53,940 nt of DNA, from the IMG/VR virus record IMGVR_UViG_3300001533_002608, positions 1 to 53,940 of that record; one strand, given 5' to 3'. Position numbers and translations under genes: made by a program. This DNA is from a virus. Taxonomy: Duplodnaviria; Caudoviricetes. A model generated the notes under the pieces. It worked only from the letters and a program-made list of their open reading frames with translations, did not search any database and had not been told where the DNA came from. Shown here piece by piece: positions 39,581-49,496 of the stretch (its first letter is position 1; each line of letters starts with the position of its first letter).

Positions 39581-39949
39581 ATGGATAACAGAGAATTAGA
39601 AGAACTCAAATGGAGTCAATATAAAAATAGACCATCAGTTAAATTTGAAGAAGAAGATGATATTTTAAAAGAATCTCTGGATATATTAGAGAAAATGGAA
39701 AATAGATTTTCTAGAGGCACTGATGTCATCAACTGGGAAGAGAAAGCTGAGTTAGATAAAGCTACTCAAAGAAACCCTGGGATTTCAGTTACTGATGGCG
39801 GTGAAGAGTTAACAGAAAATAAGCCTGAGTATGGTGAAGAGACCAATGAGAATATAAAAAGTAAAACAAATAATTCTGCTGAGCAGGAATTAATGAATGA
39901 TCTAGCTGGAATCATGGGGCAACTGGAGGGCTATGATGATAAGCAATAA
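39581..39949 (+). CDS. hypothetical acidic protein
   Basis: AGGAG RBS; 122 aa. Confidence 0.6.
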   Translation: MDNRELEELKWSQYKNRPSVKFEEEDDILKESLDILEKMENRFSRGTDVINWEEKAELDKATQRNPGISVTDGGEELTENKPEYGEETNENIKSKTNNSAEQELMNDLAGIMGQLEGYDDKQ

Positions 39950-40238
39950 AGAAGATTTAATTAGAATATATGAAGTCTATGGAATTGCTAGACATGAATA
40001 TGATGATTATGATAGAGCTTTAAATATGGCTCGTAAACATGATAGTAAAGTTTTAGATCTACAGAGAAAAATAGAAAGGGAAGAGCAAATGGCACAGAGA
40101 GATCAACAAGCAGGTAATGAAGACTCTGCGGCCAGAAGACAACAAAATATAGCACGTCTTAAAACTCAGCAAGAAAGAGCTAGGAGACAAAAGGATAGTG
40201 CTCAAAATAAGGCTGAAAAAATAGATAATCCAAAATAA
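39933..40238 (+). CDS. hypothetical coiled-coil protein
   Basis: GGAGG RBS; Q/R-rich. Confidence 0.55.
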   Translation: MMISNKEDLIRIYEVYGIARHEYDDYDRALNMARKHDSKVLDLQRKIEREEQMAQRDQQAGNEDSAARRQQNIARLKTQQERARRQKDSAQNKAEKIDNPK

Positions 40239-40239
40239 T

Positions 40240-42171
40240 ATGTCTAATGAAAAAGAAGATAAAAACTATGAATACACACAAAGAAAGCTCAAAGAAAAGT
40301 TAGAATTATATAACATTAAAGAAAAGCTTGAAAAAGTTCCAACTTCAAATAGTTATACAAAAGTAATTTACAATGACGGCAAAAAAGACGTTGTAGACCC
40401 TCTGAGTGAATTTTTTCTGTGTAAAAAGAGCTTTGAATACTTTGTAAATAATTATAGTTATTATCTAGATGCAAAAAATAAAAAAGTATCTGCTTTCAAA
40501 CTATTCCCATTTCAAAAAGATTTAATTGTCCCAAATTTCCTTAAAGAACAATTTGTAATATTTAGAAAATCAAGGCAGGTTGGTGCATCAGTGTTATCTG
40601 GCCAATATGCTCTTTGGCTAGCAAATTTTAATATTGCACAGGATGTTCTTATAGTTTCAAAGACCAGAGTTGATGCTCAAGATTTTAAATCAAAAGCTAT
40701 GGTTACTTATGAAAGACTTCCTAATTTCTTAAAGACAAAGCCTACAAGAGACGGTCAAAATATGACTACTCTTAAACTAATGAATAAATCAAGGATAATA
40801 ACTAGAGCACAAGCTCCTGACGCTGGTAGAGGTGGAAGTTGGGCATTAGTAATATTAGACGAAGCTGCATTTATGCCATATGCAGATGAGATATGGAGCT
40901 CTGTATATCCTGCTCTATCTAATACAGAAGGACAATGTTTTGTAATATCTACATCAAACGGTGTTGGGAATTTTTATCATAGAACTTGGATTGGCGCTGA
41001 AAATGGCGAGAATGATTTTTATCCAATATATATTCCATGGTGGAAATTTCCAGGTAGAGATAATCCATGGCTTCCTAAGCTGGAAGAAGGTGATACTAAT
41101 TGGATAGAAAGCCAATTAGAAAAAGAATATATAGATAGCGTAAAAGGAAAAGTAGAAACAAGAGTAAATAAAATAAATAACTCGCAGGTTAGGGAAGATG
41201 TCTATTTAGATGAACTAGTAAAGAAGTTTATAGAAGTAGAGCAGGAAAGGCAATTATCCTTTGAGGGAAATAAAGAGGATAAGCCATGGTTGAAGCGCCA
41301 AAAGGATAATGCCGATTCACAAAGGAAATTCTCACAAGAAATACTGGCTGAATTCTTAGGCTCTGGTAATACCGTAGTATCAAGTAAGATATTGAAGGCT
41401 CTTGAAGAGAAAGAAGAAGATCCTATACGAAAAGATTTTCTATATGAGGATGATGACGCTATAAAGGGCTTATGGATATTTGAAGAGCCAAAAGAGTCTA
41501 TAAATTATACTATAACTATAGACGTTGCTTCTGGAGCTGGAAACGATCATAGTACTATGCAAGTATTTAGAGATGATAATTTAAAACAGGTAGCAGAATA
41601 TAAAAGACAACTAGATACCAAAACTTTTGCTTATTATATTAAGAAAGTTGCTAGATTTTATAATACTGCTTTTGTTGTTATAGAGACAAATCAGGGACAA
41701 TCGGTATTTAACGATGTGTTTTTACACGAAACGGATCCCTATATGAATACATACTATGAGCTAAAGAAAAAAACATATAGAGGCCTTCATACTGGTCCTG
41801 TAAATAAAAAACTTATGATTGATGAGTTTTTATATTCCATGGAGAACAATGTTATAAAAATAGTTGGTAAAAGAACTATAGATGAATTAAAAGTCTACAT
41901 TTGGCACAACGGAAAGCCTGAAGCTAGTAGAGGATATAACGATGACTTAGTGTTGCCCATAATGTTTCTAGCGTACTTAATTAAATATGGTGGCAGAAAT
42001 ATTAAGCCATTAGGTTTTGCTACTAGTGATCAAATATTAGGCGACTCGGAAGGTATAGAAGACATAAAAACTGAATTTGAATATATTAGAGAAGAGTCAA
42101 TGGTTAAAGAAAGAATTGAAAATGATTTTGGTGTTGATTTCGAAACATATCAATGGCTGACTCAAGATTGA
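40240..42171 (+). CDS. terL: terminase large subunit (T4 gp17-like)
   Basis: LFPFQ Q-motif, KSRQVGAS Walker A, LVILDEAAF Walker B, ISTSNG, nuclease IDVASG..D.S and NDDLV. Confidence 0.95.
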   Translation: MSNEKEDKNYEYTQRKLKEKLELYNIKEKLEKVPTSNSYTKVIYNDGKKDVVDPLSEFFLCKKSFEYFVNNYSYYLDAKNKKVSAFKLFPFQKDLIVPNFLKEQFVIFRKSRQVGASVLSGQYALWLANFNIAQDVLIVSKTRVDAQDFKSKAMVTYERLPNFLKTKPTRDGQNMTTLKLMNKSRIITRAQAPDAGRGGSWALVILDEAAFMPYADEIWSSVYPALSNTEGQCFVISTSNGVGNFYHRTWIGAENGENDFYPIYIPWWKFPGRDNPWLPKLEEGDTNWIESQLEKEYIDSVKGKVETRVNKINNSQVREDVYLDELVKKFIEVEQERQLSFEGNKEDKPWLKRQKDNADSQRKFSQEILAEFLGSGNTVVSSKILKALEEKEEDPIRKDFLYEDDDAIKGLWIFEEPKESINYTITIDVASGAGNDHSTMQVFRDDNLKQVAEYKRQLDTKTFAYYIKKVARFYNTAFVVIETNQGQSVFNDVFLHETDPYMNTYYELKKKTYRGLHTGPVNKKLMIDEFLYSMENNVIKIVGKRTIDELKVYIWHNGKPEASRGYNDDLVLPIMFLAYLIKYGGRNIKPLGFATSDQILGDSEGIEDIKTEFEYIREESMVKERIENDFGVDFETYQWLTQD

Positions 42172-42231
42172 CAATTATTTTAACTTTGGTCTCAAGATAA
42201 TTAAAACATTTTAATTGAAAGGGAGAAAGAC

Positions 42232-42534
42232 ATGAACTTACATGAATTTTTTGAAGAATTAGATTACTCTCTCAATGAAGAGACTGCAGAATATATAGAC
42301 AATTTAAAAGAAGTTGACTTAAAACTTCTAATTAAAAGAGTATATGAAAACAATGATCTTGTTAGAAATGAGCTAAACAGACAGGTCAAAGCAACAAAAT
42401 ACAGAGATCTTCAAGAGGTTATATCTAATCTAAACAGAGACGAAACAGCAAAATTTATTTACTGGTTAAGCGAAAACGTATTTGGCAGCAACCAAACAAT
42501 AGAAGAAGAAATAGAAAAAATACTAGTTAAATAA
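42232..42534 (+). CDS. hypothetical protein
   Basis: AAGATAA at 42194, GGGAG RBS. Confidence 0.6.
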   Translation: MNLHEFFEELDYSLNEETAEYIDNLKEVDLKLLIKRVYENNDLVRNELNRQVKATKYRDLQEVISNLNRDETAKFIYWLSENVFGSNQTIEEEIEKILVK

Positions 42535-42546
42535 GGTAGCAAAATT

Positions 42547-42876
42547 GTGGAGGATGTTGTTAGGTTAAAAGATATTGATATACCCTTTGTTGTGTCTACT
42601 AAAGTACCATTATCAGGTATACTTAAATCAGTAAAGTCATATTTGCAAACAGAAATATCAAAGAAAATAAAAAAGAATGAATATCTAGGTAGAGCATTGA
42701 CTATAAAATTTACTGATGAGGATATTGAGCTAGAAGATATAGAATTTACAACAAAGTCCCATTTTGTAAAGAAAGTATACGAAAGGCCACTTAGGGCGCC
42801 AACAACTAGTTTTCAGTATGGAGAATTTAATAGTGATACTAAGAAAGAGATAATAGATAATATATTTAGGAGATAA
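42547..42876 (+). CDS. hypothetical protein
   Basis: 109-aa ORF, GTG start. Confidence 0.5.
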   Translation: MEDVVRLKDIDIPFVVSTKVPLSGILKSVKSYLQTEISKKIKKNEYLGRALTIKFTDEDIELEDIEFTTKSHFVKKVYERPLRAPTTSFQYGEFNSDTKKEIIDNIFRR

Positions 42877-42877
42877 T

Positions 42878-43411
42878 ATGAGAAAAAATTCCAAGAAGAA
42901 AGGGAATAGGGGTGAAAATCAATTAGTAAAAATATTATGTGAGAAATTTGGAGATGGAGAATTTAAACGGACTCCATCATCTGGTGCTTATACAGGTGGA
43001 CTGAATAGAGCGAAATCTGAGAATCTTCCATGGGAAGCAAAAATAACTTTAGCATCAGATGTTATAACACCAGCTAATTTTAACTTTACAATAGAGCATA
43101 AATTCTATGAGTCCATTGATTTTTGGCACTTATTTTCTGATAAGTCAAAATGGAATGAGTGGATTAACCAAGCAGAGGATGATGCTACTTTTATAAATAA
43201 AGAACCATTAGTGGTTATAAAATATAATAGACATGAGCGAATAGTTTTAATTAGATCGCCATATCTTCTTTCAGAATTGAAAAGATTAGAGGTTGATATT
43301 AATATACCTTTATTCTGGAAACCTGCTAATAGAGGATATGGTTATGCTGTTGTTTGGCTATCAGATTTATTAGAGTTGCCACGAGAATTTTGGTTTTCAG
43401 GAGTTAATTAA
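42878..43411 (+). CDS. Holliday junction resolvase-like PD-(D/E)XK nuclease
   Basis: SKKKGNRGE, RTPSSGA, SDV...IEHK, W..QA..DA. Confidence 0.8.
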   Translation: MRKNSKKKGNRGENQLVKILCEKFGDGEFKRTPSSGAYTGGLNRAKSENLPWEAKITLASDVITPANFNFTIEHKFYESIDFWHLFSDKSKWNEWINQAEDDATFINKEPLVVIKYNRHERIVLIRSPYLLSELKRLEVDINIPLFWKPANRGYGYAVVWLSDLLELPREFWFSGVN

Positions 43412-43413
43412 TA

Positions 43414-46230
43414 ATGGATTATAATGACAACAGAGAAAGAGATATATTAAAAAAAGCCGAAACTATACAAAAATATTTTAATAAGATTAATATTAGCAGA
43501 ACTGATGACTTACATAGTTATGAGACTAATAGAAAAGAAGATATGTATACGGCTTTTGGTAGCCAGAAAACCTCATTAGAGGGCTTTACATCTGTAGATC
43601 AAAGTCGTATTCAACGCTATAGAGAATATGAGCAAATGGCCTATGTACCAGAACTAAATGCTGGACTAGAGCTATACGCGGATGATGCATCGCTTTACAA
43701 TGATGAAAATAGAGTACTAGAAGTTACCTCTGAAAATCAAGATGTAGTTGATACACTAGAAGATTTATGGTTTAGCTCTTTAGATTTAAATGCCAATCTA
43801 TGGCACATAGTATACAATACATGTAAATATGGCGAAGCATTTTATGAAATTATCCCAGACAGTTTTAAAAACCCAAAGAAAGTAAAATTCATTAGATACA
43901 TTCCTCCTCGTTATATAGCCAGACAGGAGGAAGATGGAAATCTACTTGGTTTCTTGATTAAAACACCTGATAATACTTCTGGTGGTGGAGCAACAGCATA
44001 TTCTATGGCTGGTGGTGGAGAAGAGATCTTTCTTAAGCCATGGCAGATAGTGCACTTTAAGCTAGACGATAAAGAATTTGAGCCATATGGCAAATCAGTA
44101 GTAGAAAATGGCAGATTATCATTTAAACAAATGAAACTAATTGAAGATGCTATGTTAATATATAGAATATCAAGAGCGCCAGAGAGAAGAGTCTTTAATA
44201 TTCCAGTTGGCCAGCTTCCATACAGAGAAGCTATGCAAAAGGTAGAAGACTTTAAGCAGAAATATCGTAAAACTCCATGGATAGATCCGACGTGTACATC
44301 ACTTGACACAGAAATACCATTATTAAATGGTGAAGTTAAAAGCTTAAGAGAACTTATAGAAGATTATGATTCTGGTAAAAAGAATTGGGTATATTCAATT
44401 GACAGAGACAACGGGAATCAAGTCGTTCCAGGTGAGATATTATGGGCAGGAGTTACCAGGAAAAATACAAAAGTACTAAAAATAACATTAGACGACGGAC
44501 AGACATTTAAATTTACACCAGATCATAAATTTCTTATGAGAGATGGTAGTTACAAAGAAGCTCAATACCTTGAAGAAGGTGATTCAATAATGCCCTTGTA
44601 TTCTAAAAAGACTAAGAAAGGATATAAATCGGTTTACAATCCAAAAAGTGGTAAATATTATCCTAGATACATGATGTCAGCTAGATATACAAATGATAAT
44701 CTTTGGAATTCTGACTGGAAGAAAAGTTTAAATGAAGAAGAGTATAATAGAATTGTCGAAGGAATACAGATCGATGATGTAATAGATGGAGCTATTCAGT
44801 TTAACACTAGAAAACAAGTAGCAGAATATTTAAACTGCAATCCCGGAGTTATATTGAACAGACTTTATGAAAACGGATATTCTAATTGGCAAGAATTTTA
44901 TAGAGATGTTAATGGTTTAGAAAATAAAGAAGATTATATTAGAAGTGCAGTGGAATCTTCTAATAATCCTAAGGAATTAAAAACGATTATTGGTTGTAGT
45001 TTACCCACTGCTTATAAGTATTTTGATCAATATAAAAGTGAACCAGTAAATCATAAAATAGTTTCTATTGGAGAAGATGAAGAAGCTATAGACACTGGAA
45101 CATTAACTATAAATCATTATCATAATTTTGCTATAGGTAGACAAGACTCTGGAGTATTCGTTAAAAATTCTGGAGAAATAAACTATAAAGCTAATCCATT
45201 ATCAATAAATGATGATTTTTTCTTGCCACAGAGACCTGATGGTACTGGAGTAAAAATAGATTATATGCAGGGTGGTCAGCAATTAGGCGAAATAGACGAT
45301 GCTAGATATTTTAAAGAAAAAATACTTAGAACAATGAGAATTCCTCTTTCCTATCTAACTGGAGAAATGCAAGGAGATGTTGCAAGAACTTCTTTAGCGA
45401 CAATGGATGTTAGATTTGCAAAGACAATAGAAAGAATCCAAAAGATGATAATTAAAGGATTAGAAAAGGTATCAATAATAGAATTAGCATTTAAGAGATT
45501 TAGAATAGATGATATGTATGATTTTCAATTAAAATTAACTACTCCATCTAAGATCTATGAGATGCAAGAATTAGAAACTTTAACCCAAAAATTAAATGTA
45601 ATACAAACAGCAATGGGATTAGCTGATGATAACGGAAAACCATATTTGCCAAGAGAATGGCTATATAAGTATATTAACAATTTTTCAGAAAAAGAAATAT
45701 CAGATATTAAATTAATGCAACAAACAGAAATGATAGAAAAACAAGAAGATGCAAGAAGGTTAGAATTAATGCAGCAACAAGGCGCTGAGCCAGGGGAAGC
45801 CGGTGGTGGTGAAATGCCTGGCGGTGGCCCTGGTCTTGCCGAGGTGCCAATAGGTGAGCCTGGTGGAGCCGAAGGACTTGGTGGCGAAGAAGCCGGTGGC
45901 GAAGAAGCCGGTGGTGAAGCTGAAGGTGGAGGCGAAGAAGGTACTCCTGTAGCAGCAGCTAGCGGTGGAGGAGCAGCAGTGGATGTTGCAAGTAAGATAC
46001 TAAATATCGCAGGGAACGATTTTCTCCTAGAAAATGAAGATAGTATCCGAGAAGTCATCAATTTTGTAAAACAACAGGGAGAAACTCACAAGATAACTAA
46101 AGATAATAACAAATATAATAGGCGTAAGAAAAGAATTTATGAGAATGGTTTTAATCAGCTATTCGTAAGAGGTGAATTCAGAGGATTAATAAGGCGCCGA
46201 AAAAAAGAAAATAATGTTCTTAAAGACTAA
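43414..46230 (+). CDS. portal protein (T4 gp20-like) containing an intein
   Basis: RYREYEQM, PYGKS, EDAMLIYRISRAPERRVF, DDFFLP.R, D.RF..TI.RIQ; intein at 44293-45168. Confidence 0.92.
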   Translation: MDYNDNRERDILKKAETIQKYFNKINISRTDDLHSYETNRKEDMYTAFGSQKTSLEGFTSVDQSRIQRYREYEQMAYVPELNAGLELYADDASLYNDENRVLEVTSENQDVVDTLEDLWFSSLDLNANLWHIVYNTCKYGEAFYEIIPDSFKNPKKVKFIRYIPPRYIARQEEDGNLLGFLIKTPDNTSGGGATAYSMAGGGEEIFLKPWQIVHFKLDDKEFEPYGKSVVENGRLSFKQMKLIEDAMLIYRISRAPERRVFNIPVGQLPYREAMQKVEDFKQKYRKTPWIDPTCTSLDTEIPLLNGEVKSLRELIEDYDSGKKNWVYSIDRDNGNQVVPGEILWAGVTRKNTKVLKITLDDGQTFKFTPDHKFLMRDGSYKEAQYLEEGDSIMPLYSKKTKKGYKSVYNPKSGKYYPRYMMSARYTNDNLWNSDWKKSLNEEEYNRIVEGIQIDDVIDGAIQFNTRKQVAEYLNCNPGVILNRLYENGYSNWQEFYRDVNGLENKEDYIRSAVESSNNPKELKTIIGCSLPTAYKYFDQYKSEPVNHKIVSIGEDEEAIDTGTLTINHYHNFAIGRQDSGVFVKNSGEINYKANPLSINDDFFLPQRPDGTGVKIDYMQGGQQLGEIDDARYFKEKILRTMRIPLSYLTGEMQGDVARTSLATMDVRFAKTIERIQKMIIKGLEKVSIIELAFKRFRIDDMYDFQLKLTTPSKIYEMQELETLTQKLNVIQTAMGLADDNGKPYLPREWLYKYINNFSEKEISDIKLMQQTEMIEKQEDARRLELMQQQGAEPGEAGGGEMPGGGPGLAEVPIGEPGGAEGLGGEEAGGEEAGGEAEGGGEEGTPVAAASGGGAAVDVASKILNIAGNDFLLENEDSIREVINFVKQQGETHKITKDNNKYNRRKKRIYENGFNQLFVRGEFRGLIRRRKKENNVLKD
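44293..45168 (+). mobile_element. intein (292 aa) in portal
   Basis: Starts CTSLDTEIPLLNG, block B TPDHKFL, ends HNFAI...VFVKN before Ser; exteins rejoin as PWIDPT|SGEINYKANP. Confidence 0.9.
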
Positions 46231-46244
46231 TAGGAGGACAACTC

Positions 46245-47543
46245 ATGGATTTTAAATATAGTCAGATAGCCCAATTGACTGAATTCAGTAATGAAAAGTT
46301 AGTTGATATTATTAAAACTAAATTAGCTGAATCGGAAAATGTAGCAGGCGCTCTCGTATTTGACGACAAATTAATTGTCCTTGATGAAGAGACTGAGAAG
46401 CTTTATTCTGTTTCTTATAATATAGAAAATAGAGCTCTTAATCTAGAAAACTGGGAAGAAATAAACGTTATCCCAGATGACAAATCAAGGTTAGAAGAAT
46501 TAGCAGAAATTTATTTCGATCCAACTAGTGATGTAGAAATTAGAAATAAAGATCTAGTTGAATCATTCAAATTAAGGTATTCTGATGAGCCGTTTAGAAG
46601 ACTCATTAACAAAGCTTCTATGGGAAAAAGATCTATAGAAGAATCAAATTCTAAAATCAAAGCTTTAAAAGAGTTAAGAAAGGTAAGGGAAGAATTTAAC
46701 GACGAAATTACTGAGTTAATGGAAGACGATAAAATAAAAGCATTAGCAAATTCAGTAAATGAAAACTCACCTACACAACATACTATTACAAAAATCAATT
46801 TCAAACATCCTATCTCGGTTTCTCTTTTCGAGGAAAACTCTGATAGAATAATTAATCTTAGCGAAAAGAAAAAGAAAAAGATTAATGCTGGTAATGTAAG
46901 AAAGAAGGTTAGAAACCTTTGGACTTCCGAATCTTTTAAAGAAGACTTGAAAGCAACAGCTAAAAAGCTAGATGAAAGTGATGAAGAGGTAAAGGTACTA
47001 GAATCTTTCTTCAATAATCACAGTGAAATTTTAGTACTAGAGGAAAATGAAATAGAAGATTTGATACTAAAAACATCACTGATGATTGGTGAATCTAAAA
47101 ATTCTGAGCAACTAACTCAACTAGTAAGAGATTACTATAATCTTGAAGAGATTCAAGAAGCAAGACAGAGCTACATCTCTAGAAATATGTTAACTGAAGG
47201 CGAAGGCGAAGGCGAAGGAGATGCTGGTGAAGAAGATTTTGACTTTGATGAATTAGGTGATGAAGAAGAAAAAGAAGGTGAAGAGAAACCAAAGAAAGCC
47301 TCCAAGAAAGACAAAGAAACTTCTATTGATGAAGATTCTATAAATAAAATTATTAAAGTATTAAATGAAATAAGAGAAAAATTAGAAGAAGATTCAACCC
47401 AAAGAAAGTTTGTTGATGGTTTTATACAATCATTAGAAGATGCTAAAGTTGGCTCTATTTCAGAAGGTAAATTAAAGGGAATTATAGACTTTTTATCTTC
47501 TGTTTATCAAGATGCCAAGACTTCTAAAGAAGAGGAAAAATAA
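46245..47543 (+). CDS. head-module protein of unknown function
   Basis: AGGAGG RBS; lies between portal and protease; acidic linker. Confidence 0.65.
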   Translation: MDFKYSQIAQLTEFSNEKLVDIIKTKLAESENVAGALVFDDKLIVLDEETEKLYSVSYNIENRALNLENWEEINVIPDDKSRLEELAEIYFDPTSDVEIRNKDLVESFKLRYSDEPFRRLINKASMGKRSIEESNSKIKALKELRKVREEFNDEITELMEDDKIKALANSVNENSPTQHTITKINFKHPISVSLFEENSDRIINLSEKKKKKINAGNVRKKVRNLWTSESFKEDLKATAKKLDESDEEVKVLESFFNNHSEILVLEENEIEDLILKTSLMIGESKNSEQLTQLVRDYYNLEEIQEARQSYISRNMLTEGEGEGEGDAGEEDFDFDELGDEEEKEGEEKPKKASKKDKETSIDEDSINKIIKVLNEIREKLEEDSTQRKFVDGFIQSLEDAKVGSISEGKLKGIIDFLSSVYQDAKTSKEEEK

Positions 47544-47544
47544 T

Positions 47545-47910
47545 ATGGATCCTAACTTCAAAAGCACACTAAATGAATTACTTGAATTGGCTGGACTGCC
47601 CATTAATGAGCAAGAAGGTGAAGAGAAAGAAGAAGAGGGTGAAGTAGATACAGAAGTAGAACTAGACAAGAAAGAAACGGACAAACTTTCAAAAGAAGAA
47701 GAAACAGATGAAGAATTAATAGACAGTTGGGATGTATCGATAGACTCGGTTGGAACAATAAAAGTTGAATTTCATGAGTCTGAAGTTACTGTTACATTTA
47801 AGAATAAAGAAAGTGAAACAGTAGATATTCCTAATAATCTAAAAAAAGATGTAGATAAAATAAGTAAACTTTTTAATAAGATTTTATCTTATGTAGAGAG
47901 GGTTAGCTAA
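47545..47910 (+). CDS. putative prohead core/internal protein
   Basis: GAGG RBS before MDPNF; LNELLELAGL..NE and acidic tract; upstream of protease. Confidence 0.5.
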   Translation: MDPNFKSTLNELLELAGLPINEQEGEEKEEEGEVDTEVELDKKETDKLSKEEETDEELIDSWDVSIDSVGTIKVEFHESEVTVTFKNKESETVDIPNNLKKDVDKISKLFNKILSYVERVS

Positions 47911-48527
47911 TGTCTAATCAAATAATACAGGAATTTCAAGATTTCCAATATCAAGTACTAAATGAAGATAATGGAAATGGGAAGAAAACAACTAAATTAA
48001 AAGGTCTTTTACAACATGCTGGAATTCCTAATGGAAATAAAAGAGTATATCCCAGACCTATCTTAGAAAGAGAAATTTCTAAGAATAATGAAAAAATAAG
48101 AAATCGCCAAATGCTAGGTGAGTTAGATCATCCAGCCGAAGGCAAGATACACTTAGATAAGGTATCACACTGTGTCACTGAATTGAATATGGAATCGGAT
48201 GGAAAAGTCAACGGAGTAGTTGAAGTTTTCGATGGTACCGATGATGATGGTGGCACTCCTCAAGGTAGAATACTTGGCTCCTTAATAAGGAGGGGGGTTA
48301 GATTGGGAATATCATCTAGAGGTTTTGGTTCTGTTAAAAAGAATGGTGAAATTAGCGAAGTACAAGATGACTTTAAATTGATCACATTCGACATAGTATC
48401 AGATCCCTCAACTCCTGATGCTTATCCTTCTGCTGTCTATGAACATAATGAAGCAGATGGTTGGATTAAGGAAGAGGATGACAAAAAAAATATCGCAGAA
48501 GTTTTAAGCGAAACTTTAGAAAATTAG
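47910..48527 (+). CDS. prohead protease (T4 gp21-like)
   Basis: NGNKRVYP, LGELDHP, GISSRGFGS, FDIVSDPSTPDA. Confidence 0.93.
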   Translation: MSNQIIQEFQDFQYQVLNEDNGNGKKTTKLKGLLQHAGIPNGNKRVYPRPILEREISKNNEKIRNRQMLGELDHPAEGKIHLDKVSHCVTELNMESDGKVNGVVEVFDGTDDDGGTPQGRILGSLIRRGVRLGISSRGFGSVKKNGEISEVQDDFKLITFDIVSDPSTPDAYPSAVYEHNEADGWIKEEDDKKNIAEVLSETLEN

Positions 48528-48539
48528 GAGGTTGCTTCA

Positions 48540-49475
48540 ATGCCTAATATATTAGCTAATATCGAGCTAGATGAAAAACAGGTAAAAGAATTCAATAAAG
48601 AATTGAATAACTGGAAAGCTAAACAGCGCAAACAACTTGAAGAAGAAGTTAAGTCCGAGATCAAGACTAGATATGATGTAAAACTCAGAGAGATCAAGGA
48701 AGAAAAAGAAAACTTCAAGAGACAGCAAGAAAATCTCGTTGAAGAGATTAAAGAAAAAATGCAGAAAGTAATGGTAAAGAGATTTACCGGTGCTATCAAA
48801 GAAATGTATGACGAACTCAAGGTAGAAGCTAGGAAAGACGTTATGAACGATCCTAGAATCACAGCTCTTGAGGAAGTTAAAAATGTAGTTTACCCTCTAA
48901 TGGATGAAACTGTTACTAAGGGCTACGTAGATGAACTATCTAATGCTCTTAAGATGGTAGAATCTAAAGAAGAGGAAAATGATAAGCTTAAGGCACAAAT
49001 TAAGCTTAAAGAAATTACTGCTAACTTATCACCTAGTGTGGCGGAAGCAGTAGAAACTTTTATTGGAGAAGCTGAAACCGAAGAAGAGGTTGTAGAAAAA
49101 TACGCTAGATTAAAGAATTTAGTTGGCGAAGGTAAAAATAAAAAGAAAAAACCCGAACCAGAAGAAAAAGATGATGACGAAGAAGATGTAGACCTTGATT
49201 TCGATGACGATGAAATCGAAGACGATGAAGAAGATGAAGACGATGAAGAAGTCAACGAAGAAGGCGACGGTGATGCATCTTATGATGATGAAGACAAATA
49301 TGACAAGAAGAAAAAGAAAAGAAAAAAAGAAGAAGAAGAAGAATCAATGGATGAAGAGCTAGAAATTAACCCTAGCTTCCATTATAACAAAAACGAAAAG
49401 AAGTCCAATGAAGATGAATATGCCAAAGAGCTTAACGAGATGTTAAAGCTAGCCGGTGTAAACATTGAGGATTAA
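48540..49475 (+). CDS. prohead scaffolding protein (gp22-like)
   Basis: Coiled-coil acidic protein between protease and capsid; ends ELNEMLKLAGV. Confidence 0.75.
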   Translation: MPNILANIELDEKQVKEFNKELNNWKAKQRKQLEEEVKSEIKTRYDVKLREIKEEKENFKRQQENLVEEIKEKMQKVMVKRFTGAIKEMYDELKVEARKDVMNDPRITALEEVKNVVYPLMDETVTKGYVDELSNALKMVESKEEENDKLKAQIKLKEITANLSPSVAEAVETFIGEAETEEEVVEKYARLKNLVGEGKNKKKKPEPEEKDDDEEDVDLDFDDDEIEDDEEDEDDEEVNEEGDGDASYDDEDKYDKKKKKRKKEEEEESMDEELEINPSFHYNKNEKKSNEDEYAKELNEMLKLAGVNIED

Positions 49476-49496
49476 TTACTCATAGGAGGAAACTAA

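Noticed and set aside
45780-45975. GC-rich 15-nt repeats in the portal 3' region
   Set aside because: They encode a low-complexity Gly/Glu tail of the kind common in large-phage portals.
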